Shown here one piece after another: positions 9,953 to 20,864 of a DNA stretch of 64,000 bases (the stretch's first letter is position 1; the number at the start of each line of letters is the position of its first letter). The notes beneath the pieces were generated by a model that did not search any database, was not told the origin of the DNA, and worked only from the letters and a program-made list of their open reading frames with translations. Location: the NCBI GenBank assembly GCA_043826435.1, contig JBDRQF010000011.1, forward strand, positions 7,025-71,024, written 5' to 3'. The stretch is from Elusimicrobiota bacterium (GTDB lineage Bacteria > Elusimicrobiota > Endomicrobiia > CG1-02-37-114 > JAHJSO01). Both the position numbers and the translations under genes were made by a program.

Positions 9953-10426
9953 TTATTTTTGTTTCCGGTATAGTTCCGAGGGGACCGCCAGTTCCCAGTC
10001 GTGTTCGTCGTAGTTGATTAATTCGCTCATCCTGAAGAAAAACTCTATTTCCCTCACTGCATTTTCAACTGAGTCGGCGGCGTGTACCAGGTTACGCGTG
10101 CCGTCCGTCCCGTACAGTTTTCTGAGAGTACCCGGTTCTGCGCTCTTTGAGTGGGTGGAGCCGATTATATTCCTGACGCGCCTGACGGCGTTTTCGCCCT
10201 CCCACACGCTCACTATAAGGGGGCCTGTCAGTATGAACTCTACAAGGGGGACGAAGAAATCCCTGTCCTTGTGAATAGAGTAAAAATTTTCAACCAGGGG
10301 GCGGGCCGGCCTGAACATTTTCATTGCAATAAGTTTCAACCCGTCCGTTTCAAGCCGGTCAATTATTTTTCCGGCCACCTTTTTTCCGATACCGTCCGGT
10401 TTGATTACAAGGCATGTTTTTTCCAT
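9953..10426 (-). CDS. ndk: Nucleoside diphosphate kinase
   Basis: EKTCLVIKPDG...NIIHGSD-like core (NIIGSTHSKSA..., YGTDGTRNLVHAADS). Start is probably the internal M of MEKTCLVIK, since the track's N-terminal extension is not NDK-like. Confidence 0.8.
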   Translation of the reverse strand: MEKTCLVIKPDGIGKKVAGKIIDRLETDGLKLIAMKMFRPARPLVENFYSIHKDRDFFVPLVEFILTGPLIVSVWEGENAVRRVRNIIGSTHSKSAEPGTLRKLYGTDGTRNLVHAADSVENAVREIEFFFRMSELINYDEHDWELAVPSELYRKQK

Positions 10427-10477
10427 TTTTTTGTCAGTATCCTCCATAGTGATTGGATGTCGCACAGGGCGTTCGCG

Positions 10478-11533
10478 TTATTTTAATTTTGATATTATCG
10501 CGTCTGCGGTTTCCGACATCTTTGCCGTTCCCCCAAGGTCATAGGTAAGGTGTTTGCCTTCCCGAATCACTGCGGCTACCGCATTCTCCAGTGATTGTGC
10601 GGTCTGCGTTTCGCCTATGTGTTCAAGCATAAGTTCGGCCGACAATACCATCGCAATAGGGTTCACCTTGTTTTGTCCAGTATATTTCGGGGCGGAGCCG
10701 TGGACCGCTTCAAAAACCGCGATACCGTCTCCGATGTTCGCCCCGGGAGCAACACCAAGCCCTCCGACCAGGCCGGCGCAAAGGTCCGACAGGATGTCCC
10801 CGTAGAGGTTCGGCAGGACGAGCACGTCGTAAAGGTGCGGTTTCTGGACGAGTTGCATGCACATGTTGTCAACGAGTTTTTCTTCGTATTCAATTTTGGG
10901 GTAGTCCTTTGCTACACCCCTGCCCGCATCAAAGAAAAGCCCGTCGGTAAATTTCATAATGTTCGCCTTGGTGACGGACGTAACCTTCCTGCGGCCGTGC
11001 CGGACGGCGTATTCAAAAGCGAACCGGACTATTCTTTCGGATGCCTGTTTTGAAATCGGCTTTATTGATATGGCGCTGCCCTTCCTTATTTTTCCTCCGG
11101 AGAGGGCTATGATTTTTTCAGCCCCTTCGCTTCCCGGTTCAAATTCAATGCCAGCGTAGAGGTCTTCGGTATTTTCACGGACTATTATTATGTCAACATC
11201 CGTATATTTTGAAACAATACCCCGGTAGATTTTACACGGCCTGAGGCATGCAAAAAGATTGAGTTCCTGTCTTATTGAAACGTTTACCGAGCGGAAGCCC
11301 GTCCCGATGGGAGTGGTGATCGGCCCCTTTAGCGCAACCTTATTTTTTCGGATTGAGTCCAGCGTTTCTTTGGGAAGCGGAGTGCCGTATTCTTTCAGCG
11401 CTGTTTCTCCGGCGGGCATAATTTCCCAGTCAACGTTCAGCCCCGCGGCGGAGAGTATCCTTTTGACGCAGTCGGTTATTTCCGGGCCTGTCCCGTCACC
11501 GGGTATCAGCGTGATTGTGTGTTTTTGATTCAT
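10478..11533 (-). CDS. Isocitrate/isopropylmalate dehydrogenase family protein (NAD-dependent IDH-like)
   Basis: 351 aa with [12 protein letters not shown], a C-terminal metal-binding [10 protein letters not shown] and the GSAP motif. An AGGAGA RBS lies 7 nt upstream of the ATG. Confidence 0.8.
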   Translation of the reverse strand: MNQKHTITLIPGDGTGPEITDCVKRILSAAGLNVDWEIMPAGETALKEYGTPLPKETLDSIRKNKVALKGPITTPIGTGFRSVNVSIRQELNLFACLRPCKIYRGIVSKYTDVDIIIVRENTEDLYAGIEFEPGSEGAEKIIALSGGKIRKGSAISIKPISKQASERIVRFAFEYAVRHGRRKVTSVTKANIMKFTDGLFFDAGRGVAKDYPKIEYEEKLVDNMCMQLVQKPHLYDVLVLPNLYGDILSDLCAGLVGGLGVAPGANIGDGIAVFEAVHGSAPKYTGQNKVNPIAMVLSAELMLEHIGETQTAQSLENAVAAVIREGKHLTYDLGGTAKMSETADAIISKLK

Positions 11534-11633
11534 TTTGTATTCTCCTAGTTCCGGGCGAGCACATCCATCTTGCGGCGCTTTCCTGTTGTCTCAGACCCAT
11601 CTTGCGGCGCCTTACTTAATCCCGCCACCGGTT

Positions 11634-12818
11634 TTACCGCAGCGAATATTTAAGCAATTGTTTTATGTAAAGGTCTCCCTGTTGCCGGACCATATAATCA
11701 ATGTCAAATGTCTCGTCAATGGAATCCCTGGCAGTTTCCCCGATTTTCCGGCTTAGAACGGGGTCCTTCAGCAGGGTTATTACTCTTTCGGAAAGTTTAT
11801 TTATATCCTTCGGTTCTGCAAGGAAACCGGTCTCGCCGTCCTGCACTATGTCAACAAGCCCGTCAACCCCGTAAGCCACGACGGGCTTTGCAAGGCACAT
11901 CGCCTCAACGGCCGCCCTGGGGAGCCCCTCCCAGAGTGACGTTAATACGAACACGTCCGTAATTGAAAGGATACGGCTGATGTCTTTCCTCCAGTTTAGA
12001 AGGAGGACGTTCTGTTTTATGCCCGCCTCGGATATCATATTTTCAATCAGGGGCCTTTGTTCACCGTCCCCGACTATAAGGAATTTCGTGCCCGGGACAC
12101 GTTTCAGGATAATTGAAGCCGCAGTTACGAAGTCAGCCAGATTCTTTTGCGGCTTAAACGGGCCTATTGTTGTTACGGTTTTCTCCCCTCCGGCGATTCC
12201 GATTTCGTTCCTTACGGAGTTCTTTTCATCCTCCGCCAGTTTCGTTTTCCTGTAATCGGAAAGCCGTATCCCGCTGCGGACAAGGACGTACTTTTTTTCA
12301 TCCCCTATTTTATTTTTGACGGCCGTGTTAACATTGCTTCTGGAAACGGCTACAAGGACGTCGCTTACGGTCGCAGTCCATTTTTCAGCTGTCAGGAATA
12401 ACGTTCTTGTAAGTTTTTTCTGGTAGTCGTTGAACCCGAAGCCATGGAAGGTGTGGATTATAATTTTTATGCCTGCAAAATGCGCCGCCCACCTGCCGAT
12501 GATTCCCGCTTTTGAAGAGTGGGTATGGACTATGTCGGGTTTTTCCCTCTTCAATATAAGATATATTTGTACCAGGGCGGATATATCCCTCAGGGGGCTT
12601 ACCTGCCTTACGAGGTTCCGGATGAAGAATAATTTTATGCCCGGTATCATCCTTTTCGCTTCGTCGTCAAGGATACCGCCGGTGCCGGCCAGGAGTAGCG
12701 GTTCAAACAAAAGCGGGTCCAGGTGCGAGACGGTATAGAGTGTGTTCTGCTGCGCCCCGCCGAGTTCCAGCATTGTTATTATGTGGGCTACCTTTATTTT
12801 TTTTGTTTCCGGTGACAT
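11634..12818 (-). CDS. Glycosyltransferase family 4 (GT-B, group 1)
   Basis: 394 aa. N-terminal KVAHIITMLELGGAQQ is a GT4 donor-domain opener. The C-terminus has an EGLPRAAVEAM-type E-x7-E region. Confidence 0.8.
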   Translation of the reverse strand: MSPETKKIKVAHIITMLELGGAQQNTLYTVSHLDPLLFEPLLLAGTGGILDDEAKRMIPGIKLFFIRNLVRQVSPLRDISALVQIYLILKREKPDIVHTHSSKAGIIGRWAAHFAGIKIIIHTFHGFGFNDYQKKLTRTLFLTAEKWTATVSDVLVAVSRSNVNTAVKNKIGDEKKYVLVRSGIRLSDYRKTKLAEDEKNSVRNEIGIAGGEKTVTTIGPFKPQKNLADFVTAASIILKRVPGTKFLIVGDGEQRPLIENMISEAGIKQNVLLLNWRKDISRILSITDVFVLTSLWEGLPRAAVEAMCLAKPVVAYGVDGLVDIVQDGETGFLAEPKDINKLSERVITLLKDPVLSRKIGETARDSIDETFDIDYMVRQQGDLYIKQLLKYSLR

Positions 12819-12841
12819 ATATTTTTCTTCCGTTTTTATTG

Positions 12842-14146
12842 TCAGGCGCCTTTAATTTTTTCGACAACGGTTTTGGAGTCCAGTATTGATTCCTCAATGT
12901 ACGAGTATTTCCACCCGCCGAAACGCCCGATTGAATATATTCCGTTTTTATTCAGAAAAGAGTGAATTTCCCTGACGGCGGCTGTCCTGTTCCGGTCATA
13001 GATTATGTATGCATATGGCATCGGCAGGATATTGGTTATCCCGGGGCTTTTATCCCGCTTTGCTATTCCGCACGCCATCAATTGTCGCTGTAGGGCGCTC
13101 GCTGTCCTGTACGGGTCCGGTTTTTCTCCGGGAGTGTGCGATACCTCAACATAAAGAGATGCCTTGCCGGCAGGCGCCATGAATTTTGAAAAGTTGTGGT
13201 AAAACCCCGCCCTGTAAAACATGAATTTTTTTTCAGGGAAGTAAACCCAGTGTTTTGAGTCGTTTATATCCGTTGCGTCATACCCTAAGTTAAAACACAT
13301 CACCGAGTTCCACCGGAGTTTTTCTCCGAAGGCCTTCATTTTTTGCGGGACATTTTCAATAATGTTTAAAAGTTCCGGCAGAGGCATTGTGGATATTATA
13401 TTCTTATACGTAAAGGCGCCTTTTGTTGAAGTTATCCTTTTTTTCTTCATGTCTATTTTTATTGCCGGCGTATTCAGCAGCGGCGACCGTATCCTTTCAA
13501 GCAATGCGTCAATAAGCGACTGTATTCCGCCTTTTACCGGATAGTAAAACGATGCGTTGTAACCGTACTGTTTTGTCTGCATGGTGAATGCCCCGAGTAT
13601 CGTTTCTTCAAGGGTCGGGTTCGGCACAAAGGAAGCGACCCACTCGTCGGTAAGTTCCGATTCATCCACTGTCCAGAGTTTCCTGTTATACGGAAAGAAG
13701 AAGTGTTTTGCGAAGCCCATGCCGAATGTCTTAATCGTCCAGTCCCTGAAAGACAATACCCCGCCGGATGCCGCCGGCCGCCGCCCGGACTGCTGCCTGA
13801 TTTTTGCCTCTATCAACCCGGACAGGCAGTCCGCAATAACCTTGTGCGGAAGGCCGTAAAGATTCGCCTGAAAAGGGTAGCGGGTGTATGTGTCGTGTGA
13901 GAATATCCAGGCGTCCCGCTTGATTTTTTTGATGTTACAACGCAGGAGATTAAATATTAGGCGTTTTGTATAGGGGTTCCTCAGGTGCAGGAGGTGCCCC
14001 GTGTAATCAAATGTGTAACCGCCAGCGCGGACTGACCTGCACAGGCCGCCCGCCGAACCTTCCTTTTCAAGTATAATGCAGTCGTCCGCCATGTGGTAGG
14101 CAGCAGAAAGGCCGGTAATGCCCGCTCCTATTATTATGTTTTTCAT
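12842..14146 (-). CDS. FAD-dependent oxidoreductase (amine oxidase / UDP-galactopyranose mutase-like fold)
   Basis: IIIGAGITGLSAAY dinucleotide-binding motif. Start placed at MKNIIIGAG, which gives an ATGA overlap with the upstream WecA-like gene. The track's 55-aa N-terminal extension overlaps that gene and is rejected. Confidence 0.7.
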   Translation of the reverse strand: MKNIIIGAGITGLSAAYHMADDCIILEKEGSAGGLCRSVRAGGYTFDYTGHLLHLRNPYTKRLIFNLLRCNIKKIKRDAWIFSHDTYTRYPFQANLYGLPHKVIADCLSGLIEAKIRQQSGRRPAASGGVLSFRDWTIKTFGMGFAKHFFFPYNRKLWTVDESELTDEWVASFVPNPTLEETILGAFTMQTKQYGYNASFYYPVKGGIQSLIDALLERIRSPLLNTPAIKIDMKKKRITSTKGAFTYKNIISTMPLPELLNIIENVPQKMKAFGEKLRWNSVMCFNLGYDATDINDSKHWVYFPEKKFMFYRAGFYHNFSKFMAPAGKASLYVEVSHTPGEKPDPYRTASALQRQLMACGIAKRDKSPGITNILPMPYAYIIYDRNRTAAVREIHSFLNKNGIYSIGRFGGWKYSYIEESILDSKTVVEKIKGA

Positions 14147-15159
14147 GTCTGTATTTTTGAAAGCATCACTGCGATTAAAACTGCAACAAGCACCGAACAG
14201 GCGTATATGGCTACTGCGGTATAAAACTGCACGACCGTTACTATGAATGCGAGGAAAGAAAGTAGCATCCCCGCCGCATAAACATAGAGGAGTATTTTTT
14301 TTCTTGGCCACCCGCCTTTTTCAAGCCTGAGCGGGAAGTGGTCCTTACTGCCGACAAACGGCGATATGCCCCTCTTCCACCTGAAATACATTACAAGCAG
14401 TGTGTCGTATATGGGTATGGCGAGTATGAGCATAGGTGCAAACAGTCCCATGTCGTTTATGGTGGTATAACTGGTCCCGAGTGATACGGACGCAAGGATA
14501 AAACCGATAAATAAACTGCCGGTGTCACCCATAAATATTTTGAATTTTTTGCTGAGGTTGTAAGGCAAAAACCCGAGACATCCGCCTGCAAGCGCGACGC
14601 TTGCAAAGTTTACGTACAACTTCTCTTCAACGGGCAAGCCGATGAGGAAAAACCCCATAGCGGCGATAAAAGCGGCCCCGCCGGAGAGCCCGTCCATTAT
14701 GTCTATTATGTTGAAGGCGTTCGTTACGCCGACGACCCACAGGATAGTGATGCAGATGGCGAACCAATCCGGGCGCAAAAATTCAAGGTGTATGCCGTAG
14801 AAGATCAGCAGGATACCCGCGGCGACCTGGATTAAAAACTTGAATTTGAAATGCAGCCCTTTCAGTTTAATGTCGTCAATTATACCGAGGATGCATATTA
14901 TAAAACTTCCCAGGAAAATACCTCTCAGCGACCTGAGTGTCCCCGTGGGGAAGTCAGTAAAAATCCTGATAACCGAGAGCGAAACCCAGAAAGAGACGGC
15001 TATGGCCAGTCCGCCGAGGTACGGCACCGGCGCCTTGTGGGTTTTTATTATGGAGTGCGGGACGTCCATTATGCCGAGTTTTAAAGCAATTTTTCTCATA
15101 ACGGGAACAATCGCTATGGAAACCAGAAATGATAAAACAAAGCAAATCAGTAAGTACAT
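14143..15159 (-). CDS. Polyprenyl-phosphate N-acetylhexosamine-1-phosphate transferase (WecA/MraY family)
   Basis: 338 aa with about 10 TM helices. Has the VGVTNAFNIIDIMDGLSGG motif characteristic of the MraY/WecA PNPT family. Confidence 0.8.
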   Translation of the reverse strand: MYLLICFVLSFLVSIAIVPVMRKIALKLGIMDVPHSIIKTHKAPVPYLGGLAIAVSFWVSLSVIRIFTDFPTGTLRSLRGIFLGSFIICILGIIDDIKLKGLHFKFKFLIQVAAGILLIFYGIHLEFLRPDWFAICITILWVVGVTNAFNIIDIMDGLSGGAAFIAAMGFFLIGLPVEEKLYVNFASVALAGGCLGFLPYNLSKKFKIFMGDTGSLFIGFILASVSLGTSYTTINDMGLFAPMLILAIPIYDTLLVMYFRWKRGISPFVGSKDHFPLRLEKGGWPRKKILLYVYAAGMLLSFLAFIVTVVQFYTAVAIYACSVLVAVLIAVMLSKIQT

Positions 15160-15233
15160 TTATCGTTATTCCTTTAACGTCTGCCGAAGGCCCGGGGACG
15201 GGATTTATCGTTTCCCGCAGGGGGAAATCACCG

Positions 15234-17273
15234 TTACCCGGTCCTGTACAGGTAAACGTCATTTTTGTTAAATTCAACTTCAAGATTTTTTATGAGGTTT
15301 TCCCAGTTCTTTTTACCGCGCGGGGTAAAATTAAGAATGCCGTACGGAGCTAACCGCCCTGCTTCATTTTTGTTATACAGGAGGTGCGTAATTTTCGCAC
15401 CCCTGATTTTTGCAAGCATATCAGCATGGTTTTTTGAATCGTTCGCAAGTTTGGCGAAGGGGTCGGGTGCATATACGTTCGTAGCGATGTAGTCCCTTTT
15501 GCAGTAAAACCCGCGTTGCTCGCCTATGAAATAAATTTTGTCATTTACCGGGAGGTTCCTGTTAATGTAGTCAAAGGCGGGGTACGGGGAATATTTCAGT
15601 TTTTTTGCCAGGTATTCCCCCCGGGTTTCTATCCCCAGCGCCACCCAGAACGGGTCAATGATTTTCTGGATATTGAAATACAGGGAAAAATTTGAAACCA
15701 GCAATAAAACGACAAGGGAGTGGACGAATATTTTAATAAACGTCCCGCCCTCTTTCCGTATGGCGGAAATTGTGTACCCGGAAATCACCGCCAGTACAGG
15801 CAGTAAAGGATAGAGGAACCTCAGGACGGGTTTTGCAGAAAACCACACAATGAAATGCAGAAAGACATAACCTAACAGCAATAAGACCTCTTTCCTTTTT
15901 TCTTTCAGCAGCAGCACGGCGGGCACCGTCACAAAATATATGACCCAGCCGAAATCGCCAAGAACGTCAATCCCGCCGCCATATTTCTGGGGTGTTGAGA
16001 TAATATTCCATGGCAGTTGGAATAATTCAAGCAGGATGTTGCTTTTAAATCCGTACTCTGTCAGGACTGCAAAATAATTTCTGGCGCTTACCTGCGGCCA
16101 CGGGATATTTTTAAAACCGAGGACGTTGTATAAAAAAGGGAACACAGGATTGCCGACATTGATTATGTTCTTAATAGCCCACGGGAGAAAGAACATAACT
16201 GCGATGGAATTCATAACGAGTATCTTCTTAACTGATGCGAATGAAAGTTTTTTGTCTTTCAGCAGTATTATAAAGAGGATAACCGATATTGCGGCGGGGG
16301 TAATGACTCCCGTATATTTTGTACCCATGGCGAGCCCGGAAAAAGCGCCGGCAAGATATAAGAACCCGTCGGATCGGGATGCGGCGTAAATTGAAACGCT
16401 GAATACGGACATAAACGTAAAAAATGCAAGCCCGCCCTCAACGTAACTGCTGCCCGCAAGCAGCATGAAAGACGTTGTGGTTGAAAGCAGCAGGGCAGAG
16501 ACCAGCCCGGCAGCCGTCCCGTTAGCCATCCTGCCGGGCATTTCGTCAAGAGCCCCGCGGTTGAAGAAACGCCTGCAGAAACAGAAAACGGCGAGCAGCG
16601 AGAATATGCCGAAAGCAAAGGAGAAGAGGTTGGGCAACGTCTCCGTGCCGGTAAAAAGGGCGAGTGTATATAGCATCTCCATGTTTTGCGGAAAATGCGA
16701 GTAGATATTAAACAATGGGGAAAATATTTTGCCCTCCATTATGTACATTCCGGGCAGGGCAAGGTGATATACGAGCGAATCGTAATATGTCGGCGGGGCG
16801 AAACACGTCACGGCAACAAGCCCGGCGCTGATCAGGATAAAAAAAAGCACGGCGGCATGCAGGGCATCAATTTTCGGCATTTTTACTGCGGACAATTCCC
16901 TGAAAAGCGAAAGTATATCACGGTGCAAAAATGCAAACGCAGATAAAACCGCAACCCATATTATTGTTGTATGGTAAAGGCCGGCGACCCCCAGGATGAA
17001 CATAACGGCGATGACTGCGCCGGTACCGGCGCCGAATTCAAAGATGTTCTTTTCAAGCGCGCTCGCGAACCGGATTTCTGTTTTCGCGCTTATAGCCCGT
17101 ATAACCGCCCTCCCTGCTGCCATGCACAGCCCGACGAAAATAAGGAGCGCGGCAATGTCTTTCAGGATGATAGTAATGCCGGCCAGCGGGTAAGCGAGAA
17201 AATACCCAGCCGTAATCAGCACGGCAATCAAACAATAAAAAATCAGATATGCTTTGGAGAAAATAGTTTGCAT
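15234..17273 (-). CDS. Large polytopic membrane protein, GT-C-like (PMT_2/ArnT-type) glycosyltransferase candidate
   Basis: 679 aa with more than 12 predicted TM segments. Has an acidic first-loop motif ([12 protein letters not shown]) and a hydrophilic C-terminal domain. Sits next to a DPM-synthase-like GT2. Confidence 0.5.
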   Translation of the reverse strand: MQTIFSKAYLIFYCLIAVLITAGYFLAYPLAGITIILKDIAALLIFVGLCMAAGRAVIRAISAKTEIRFASALEKNIFEFGAGTGAVIAVMFILGVAGLYHTTIIWVAVLSAFAFLHRDILSLFRELSAVKMPKIDALHAAVLFFILISAGLVAVTCFAPPTYYDSLVYHLALPGMYIMEGKIFSPLFNIYSHFPQNMEMLYTLALFTGTETLPNLFSFAFGIFSLLAVFCFCRRFFNRGALDEMPGRMANGTAAGLVSALLLSTTTSFMLLAGSSYVEGGLAFFTFMSVFSVSIYAASRSDGFLYLAGAFSGLAMGTKYTGVITPAAISVILFIILLKDKKLSFASVKKILVMNSIAVMFFLPWAIKNIINVGNPVFPFLYNVLGFKNIPWPQVSARNYFAVLTEYGFKSNILLELFQLPWNIISTPQKYGGGIDVLGDFGWVIYFVTVPAVLLLKEKRKEVLLLLGYVFLHFIVWFSAKPVLRFLYPLLPVLAVISGYTISAIRKEGGTFIKIFVHSLVVLLLVSNFSLYFNIQKIIDPFWVALGIETRGEYLAKKLKYSPYPAFDYINRNLPVNDKIYFIGEQRGFYCKRDYIATNVYAPDPFAKLANDSKNHADMLAKIRGAKITHLLYNKNEAGRLAPYGILNFTPRGKKNWENLIKNLEVEFNKNDVYLYRTG

Positions 17274-17983
17274 TTTATAATACCGCTTTTGTGGAACAGG
17301 TATTTCATTATTGTGAATAACGTTTCAACCCCGTATTTTGAACTCCGGATAAAATTTATTGACGACGCCTCTGCAAAATATTTTGCAGGCACAGGTACGT
17401 CCCCTATGCGGAACCCGAAATATGCCGCCTCTATCAGGAACTGCTGGTCAAATACGAAATCGTTAGAATTGTTTTCCCACGGTACCGTATCCAGCACCTT
17501 CCTTGAATAAGCCCTGAGCCCGGAGTGCCACTCACCCAGGTTTTGTCCTAAAATCAGGTTTTCAAGGATGGTAAGGAACCTGTTTGACAGGTATTTATAC
17601 AGGGGCATGCCGTTGCTTATGGCTTCCTTCCTTGTCCTTATGCGGTTACCGAGGACGAAATCACATATATCCTCTTTAATGAAAGCGGTCATATGCGAGA
17701 TTATCTTCGGGTCGTACTGGTAGTCGGGATGAATCATTACAATTAGGTCTGCTCCCGATTTAAGGGCCTCCCTGTAACAGGTCTTTTGGTTGGCGCCATA
17801 ACCCATGTTCTTTTCGTGTGTGATTGTCCTCAGCCCGAGTTTTTTTGCAATCTCCACGGTCCCGTCAGTTGAGCAGTCGTCAACAAGCAGTATTTCATCC
17901 GCAGTGCCCGGGGGAATTTCCCGCAGGGTCATTTCAAGCGTCTTTTCGGCATTGTAGGCAGGCATCACTATTATTGTTTTCAT
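17243..17983 (-). CDS. GT2 polyprenyl-phosphate glycosyltransferase (dolichol-P-mannose synthase/GtrB-like)
   Basis: 246 aa with [13 protein letters not shown]...[11 protein letters not shown]...NMGYG and a short C-terminal tail, typical of DPM1/GtrB-type synthases. Confidence 0.8.
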   Translation of the reverse strand: MKTIIVMPAYNAEKTLEMTLREIPPGTADEILLVDDCSTDGTVEIAKKLGLRTITHEKNMGYGANQKTCYREALKSGADLIVMIHPDYQYDPKIISHMTAFIKEDICDFVLGNRIRTRKEAISNGMPLYKYLSNRFLTILENLILGQNLGEWHSGLRAYSRKVLDTVPWENNSNDFVFDQQFLIEAAYFGFRIGDVPVPAKYFAEASSINFIRSSKYGVETLFTIMKYLFHKSGIIKCKLFSPKHI

Positions 17984-19104
17984 ACGAGGGCTCCCCTGTA
18001 AATATTCTCCGTTTCCTTGACCATCTTTTCCATGTTAAAAAATTTCCTGACTTTTTCCCGGGCATTGTTTCCCATCTTTTTCGCTGCCTCAGTATTTTCA
18101 ATAAGCCATATTATCTTCTCCGAAAGTTCTTTTGGGCTGGCCGGACGGACTATTAACCCGTTGAGCCCGTCGTCAATAATCTCCCGGACGCCGCCAGTGT
18201 CCGTTGAAATTACAGGTCTGCCCTGTGACATCGCCTCAAGCAGGACGTTCGGAGTGCCCTCCCACAGCGACGGCAGGACGAATATGTCGGACGATGAAAT
18301 TATCCGGACGGACTCGTCAGCCGGCTGAAAGCCCGTGAATATCACTTTATCTAGTATTTTCATTTTGAGCGCCTGCGCTTCAAGTTGTCTTTTCTGCGGC
18401 CCGTCACCGGTTATGACGAACAAGACGTTCTTGAATTTTGAAAGTACGGAGGGGATTGCAGAAATAAAATGTTCCATCCCCTTCTGTTCGTGCAGGCGGC
18501 CGGCCGTGCAGACCATAATGTCTCCGTCCGCAATTCCCAATTGCGACCTCACTGCTTCCCTTGCGCCGGGTTGCTGCACCGTTTGCTCAACTCCGTTATA
18601 CAGGACAACGAGTTTGTCGGCCGGCATCCCCCCTTTGACGAGGAAAGATTTGAGCGCCATTGAGTTCACTATGATTTTTCTGCACATGCCCGACGTCAGC
18701 CGTTCAACCGGGGCCTGCCATCTTTTCTGTTTCTCCATCACCCTTATGGAAGAAATGACGGGAACGCCCCCTGCCAGCAGTGCCGACAGTCGCCCCAGTA
18801 TATTCGCCTGGAAAAGAAAGGTATGGACTATGCCTATTTTTTCCCGCCTGATAAAATTCGCGAGCATGATGACAGATGCGACAGCCATAACCGGGAAGGC
18901 AATTATACCATATTTATACATCTCCAGGCAATAGACCTTTATGCCCCGCGCTCTGAGTTTTCCTGCATACTCGCCGCATTTTTTTATTGAGTAAACGAAC
19001 GGATTGAAATCCTTGTTTAACCGCGTGGCGGTCTCATACAGCATTTTTTCCGTGCCGCCCATGTTTAGGTCGGTTATTAAAAACAGGATATTTGTTCCGG
19101 CCAT
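17980..19104 (-). CDS. Glycosyltransferase family 4
   Basis: 374 aa GT-B with a C-terminal [18 protein letters not shown] motif. Confidence 0.8.
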   Translation of the reverse strand: MAGTNILFLITDLNMGGTEKMLYETATRLNKDFNPFVYSIKKCGEYAGKLRARGIKVYCLEMYKYGIIAFPVMAVASVIMLANFIRREKIGIVHTFLFQANILGRLSALLAGGVPVISSIRVMEKQKRWQAPVERLTSGMCRKIIVNSMALKSFLVKGGMPADKLVVLYNGVEQTVQQPGAREAVRSQLGIADGDIMVCTAGRLHEQKGMEHFISAIPSVLSKFKNVLFVITGDGPQKRQLEAQALKMKILDKVIFTGFQPADESVRIISSSDIFVLPSLWEGTPNVLLEAMSQGRPVISTDTGGVREIIDDGLNGLIVRPASPKELSEKIIWLIENTEAAKKMGNNAREKVRKFFNMEKMVKETENIYRGALV

Positions 19105-20864
19105 TAGAATCCCCTTTTAAATATCTTGACTCCCACATTTTCACTCGGGACGAACGCCGCCGGGAAACGTATTCCGAGAAATCTTTCAACCCCGGGCCAT
19201 GAAATTATTTCGCTGTAAATTTTGCTGAATTGTTCAATGTTTTCAATGTCGTTATATATTTCCGGCACGATTATATATTCCGGGTAGGTGTAACCCCTGC
19301 TGTCCTGCCATGTTTCTTTTTCAAGCGGTACGTTTACAAGTTTGTATTTCAGGAAGTTAAAAGCAGGCATCGTGCCGGGCAGCGCCCATCCGGTCGGGAT
19401 GCCCACGCGGGAATTTCCGGGTATATTTTCGTTTATCCACTCGCCGGCGGCGGTAAAATTGCCGTGAATGACAAATAGGTTGTTCGCGTAGTGGAGAGAT
19501 CTCGCCAGCATAAAAAAAACAACTATTGCCGCGTAAAGCAGGACGCCGGTTTTTAACGCCGGCCTGTTTAATACCTTGAGAAAATGGATTATTGCAGCCG
19601 AAAGACATATTGCTATAACCGGATACCCTATTGACCACACGCCCTGGTGTCTTAAAAAAATTGCATTTGACGCAAAAAAGATGAGCCCGAATATGGAAAT
19701 GATTTTGCCCGCGGGGTTATTGCCGTAGAGCAAAACGGACATGCCCGCCGCAAAAAGCGGCAGGACGGTCCAGTGGTCGCCCCATGTGAAAATTCTGTGA
19801 ATAAATTTAAAGGTTTCAGAAGCATTAAAAATCCCGTAGCCGCTGTATATCTTCTGGTGGAGGATAAATCTCAGGAAACGTTCGGGGTGCAGGAGTAAAA
19901 AGTAATTTGTTGAAAGGAACGCAAGAAAGAAGAAAAACACCCCGAACCACAGTCCCCTGCTCCTGAATGAAAACCTTTTTTCCTTTATGAAGTGGGCGAT
20001 AAAAATTATTAAAATAAAAGACAGGTTGGTTATCAGGGCGCCGGCTGATAGCCCGAGAAAAACCCCTCCCAGCGCATAATATTTTGTCCCGGGAGCGGTA
20101 AATATTTTTAGAATAAAATACAGGCCGGCAAGCAACAGGAGCATTGAGAGAGCATGCGGTTTGGACAGGTGGCTGTGGATTGATACAAGCGGCGAAATCG
20201 CAAGGAACAGGCATGCCAGTGCCGGGTTTGCCACGCCGTTAAAAAATTTTGCGACCACTATGTATAACAATACTACGCTTAAAACGGAAAACAGGGCGCC
20301 GGCCCCACGCACGATAGTATAAATTCTTGTTGTCTCTTCGGGATGAAGGAAATAGTATCCCGTGTCTTTCGTCAGGGATATTATGCCGGCAAGTTTCGCC
20401 GCCACCAGTGACGAAGCCACCGTATAGTAATAAAACCCGCCGTATATGTAGTTCTTCGGGTCAAGGTCAAGTTTTTTAGGGTTCATAGAGGCAAGAGGGA
20501 AAATGGCGTGGGCTTCATCGGAGAGATTTACGTTTATGAAATACGCCCTTGAAAAATCCAGGACAACTTCTTTTGGAATGATGCCAAACGGTTTTGACTT
20601 TTCCGAATGCCCCCATGTATCCAGCATTGATTGTTCTATTTGTTTTAGTTTAACCTTTCCCTTTTCTTCAAATATCTTTTCCCTTTTGGAATAGTAGGCA
20701 TCCCTCAGGGCGATCATCCGGGGGACGTGTCCCTGCAGTTCTTCTTTTGAAGAAAACACCAGGAGGTTCCTGCGCCAGTTGGGAGTTCCCCATTGGATAT
20801 TCCCGAACTGTAAAAATGCAGACAGGGCGGTTAGTGCGGCAATGATAAAAATCTTATTTTTCAT
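19104..20864 (-). CDS. Membrane protein, GT-C-like candidate with N-terminal extracytoplasmic extension
   Basis: Signal/TM at the N-terminus, a ~160-aa hydrophilic region, then at least 9 TM helices. Carries HPEETTRIY and LSDEAH acidic motifs. Confidence 0.45.
   Translation of the reverse strand: MKNKIFIIAALTALSAFLQFGNIQWGTPNWRRNLLVFSSKEELQGHVPRMIALRDAYYSKREKIFEEKGKVKLKQIEQSMLDTWGHSEKSKPFGIIPKEVVLDFSRAYFINVNLSDEAHAIFPLASMNPKKLDLDPKNYIYGGFYYYTVASSLVAAKLAGIISLTKDTGYYFLHPEETTRIYTIVRGAGALFSVLSVVLLYIVVAKFFNGVANPALACLFLAISPLVSIHSHLSKPHALSMLLLLAGLYFILKIFTAPGTKYYALGGVFLGLSAGALITNLSFILIIFIAHFIKEKRFSFRSRGLWFGVFFFFLAFLSTNYFLLLHPERFLRFILHQKIYSGYGIFNASETFKFIHRIFTWGDHWTVLPLFAAGMSVLLYGNNPAGKIISIFGLIFFASNAIFLRHQGVWSIGYPVIAICLSAAIIHFLKVLNRPALKTGVLLYAAIVVFFMLARSLHYANNLFVIHGNFTAAGEWINENIPGNSRVGIPTGWALPGTMPAFNFLKYKLVNVPLEKETWQDSRGYTYPEYIIVPEIYNDIENIEQFSKIYSEIISWPGVERFLGIRFPAAFVPSENVGVKIFKRGF

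Noticed and set aside
14147-14311. N-terminal 55-aa extension of the FAD oxidoreductase (track ORF 12842-14311)
   Set aside because: The extension overlaps the 3' end of the WecA-like gene. The Rossmann GAGITG motif begins right after the internal Met, which creates an ATGA coupling, so the downstream start was used.
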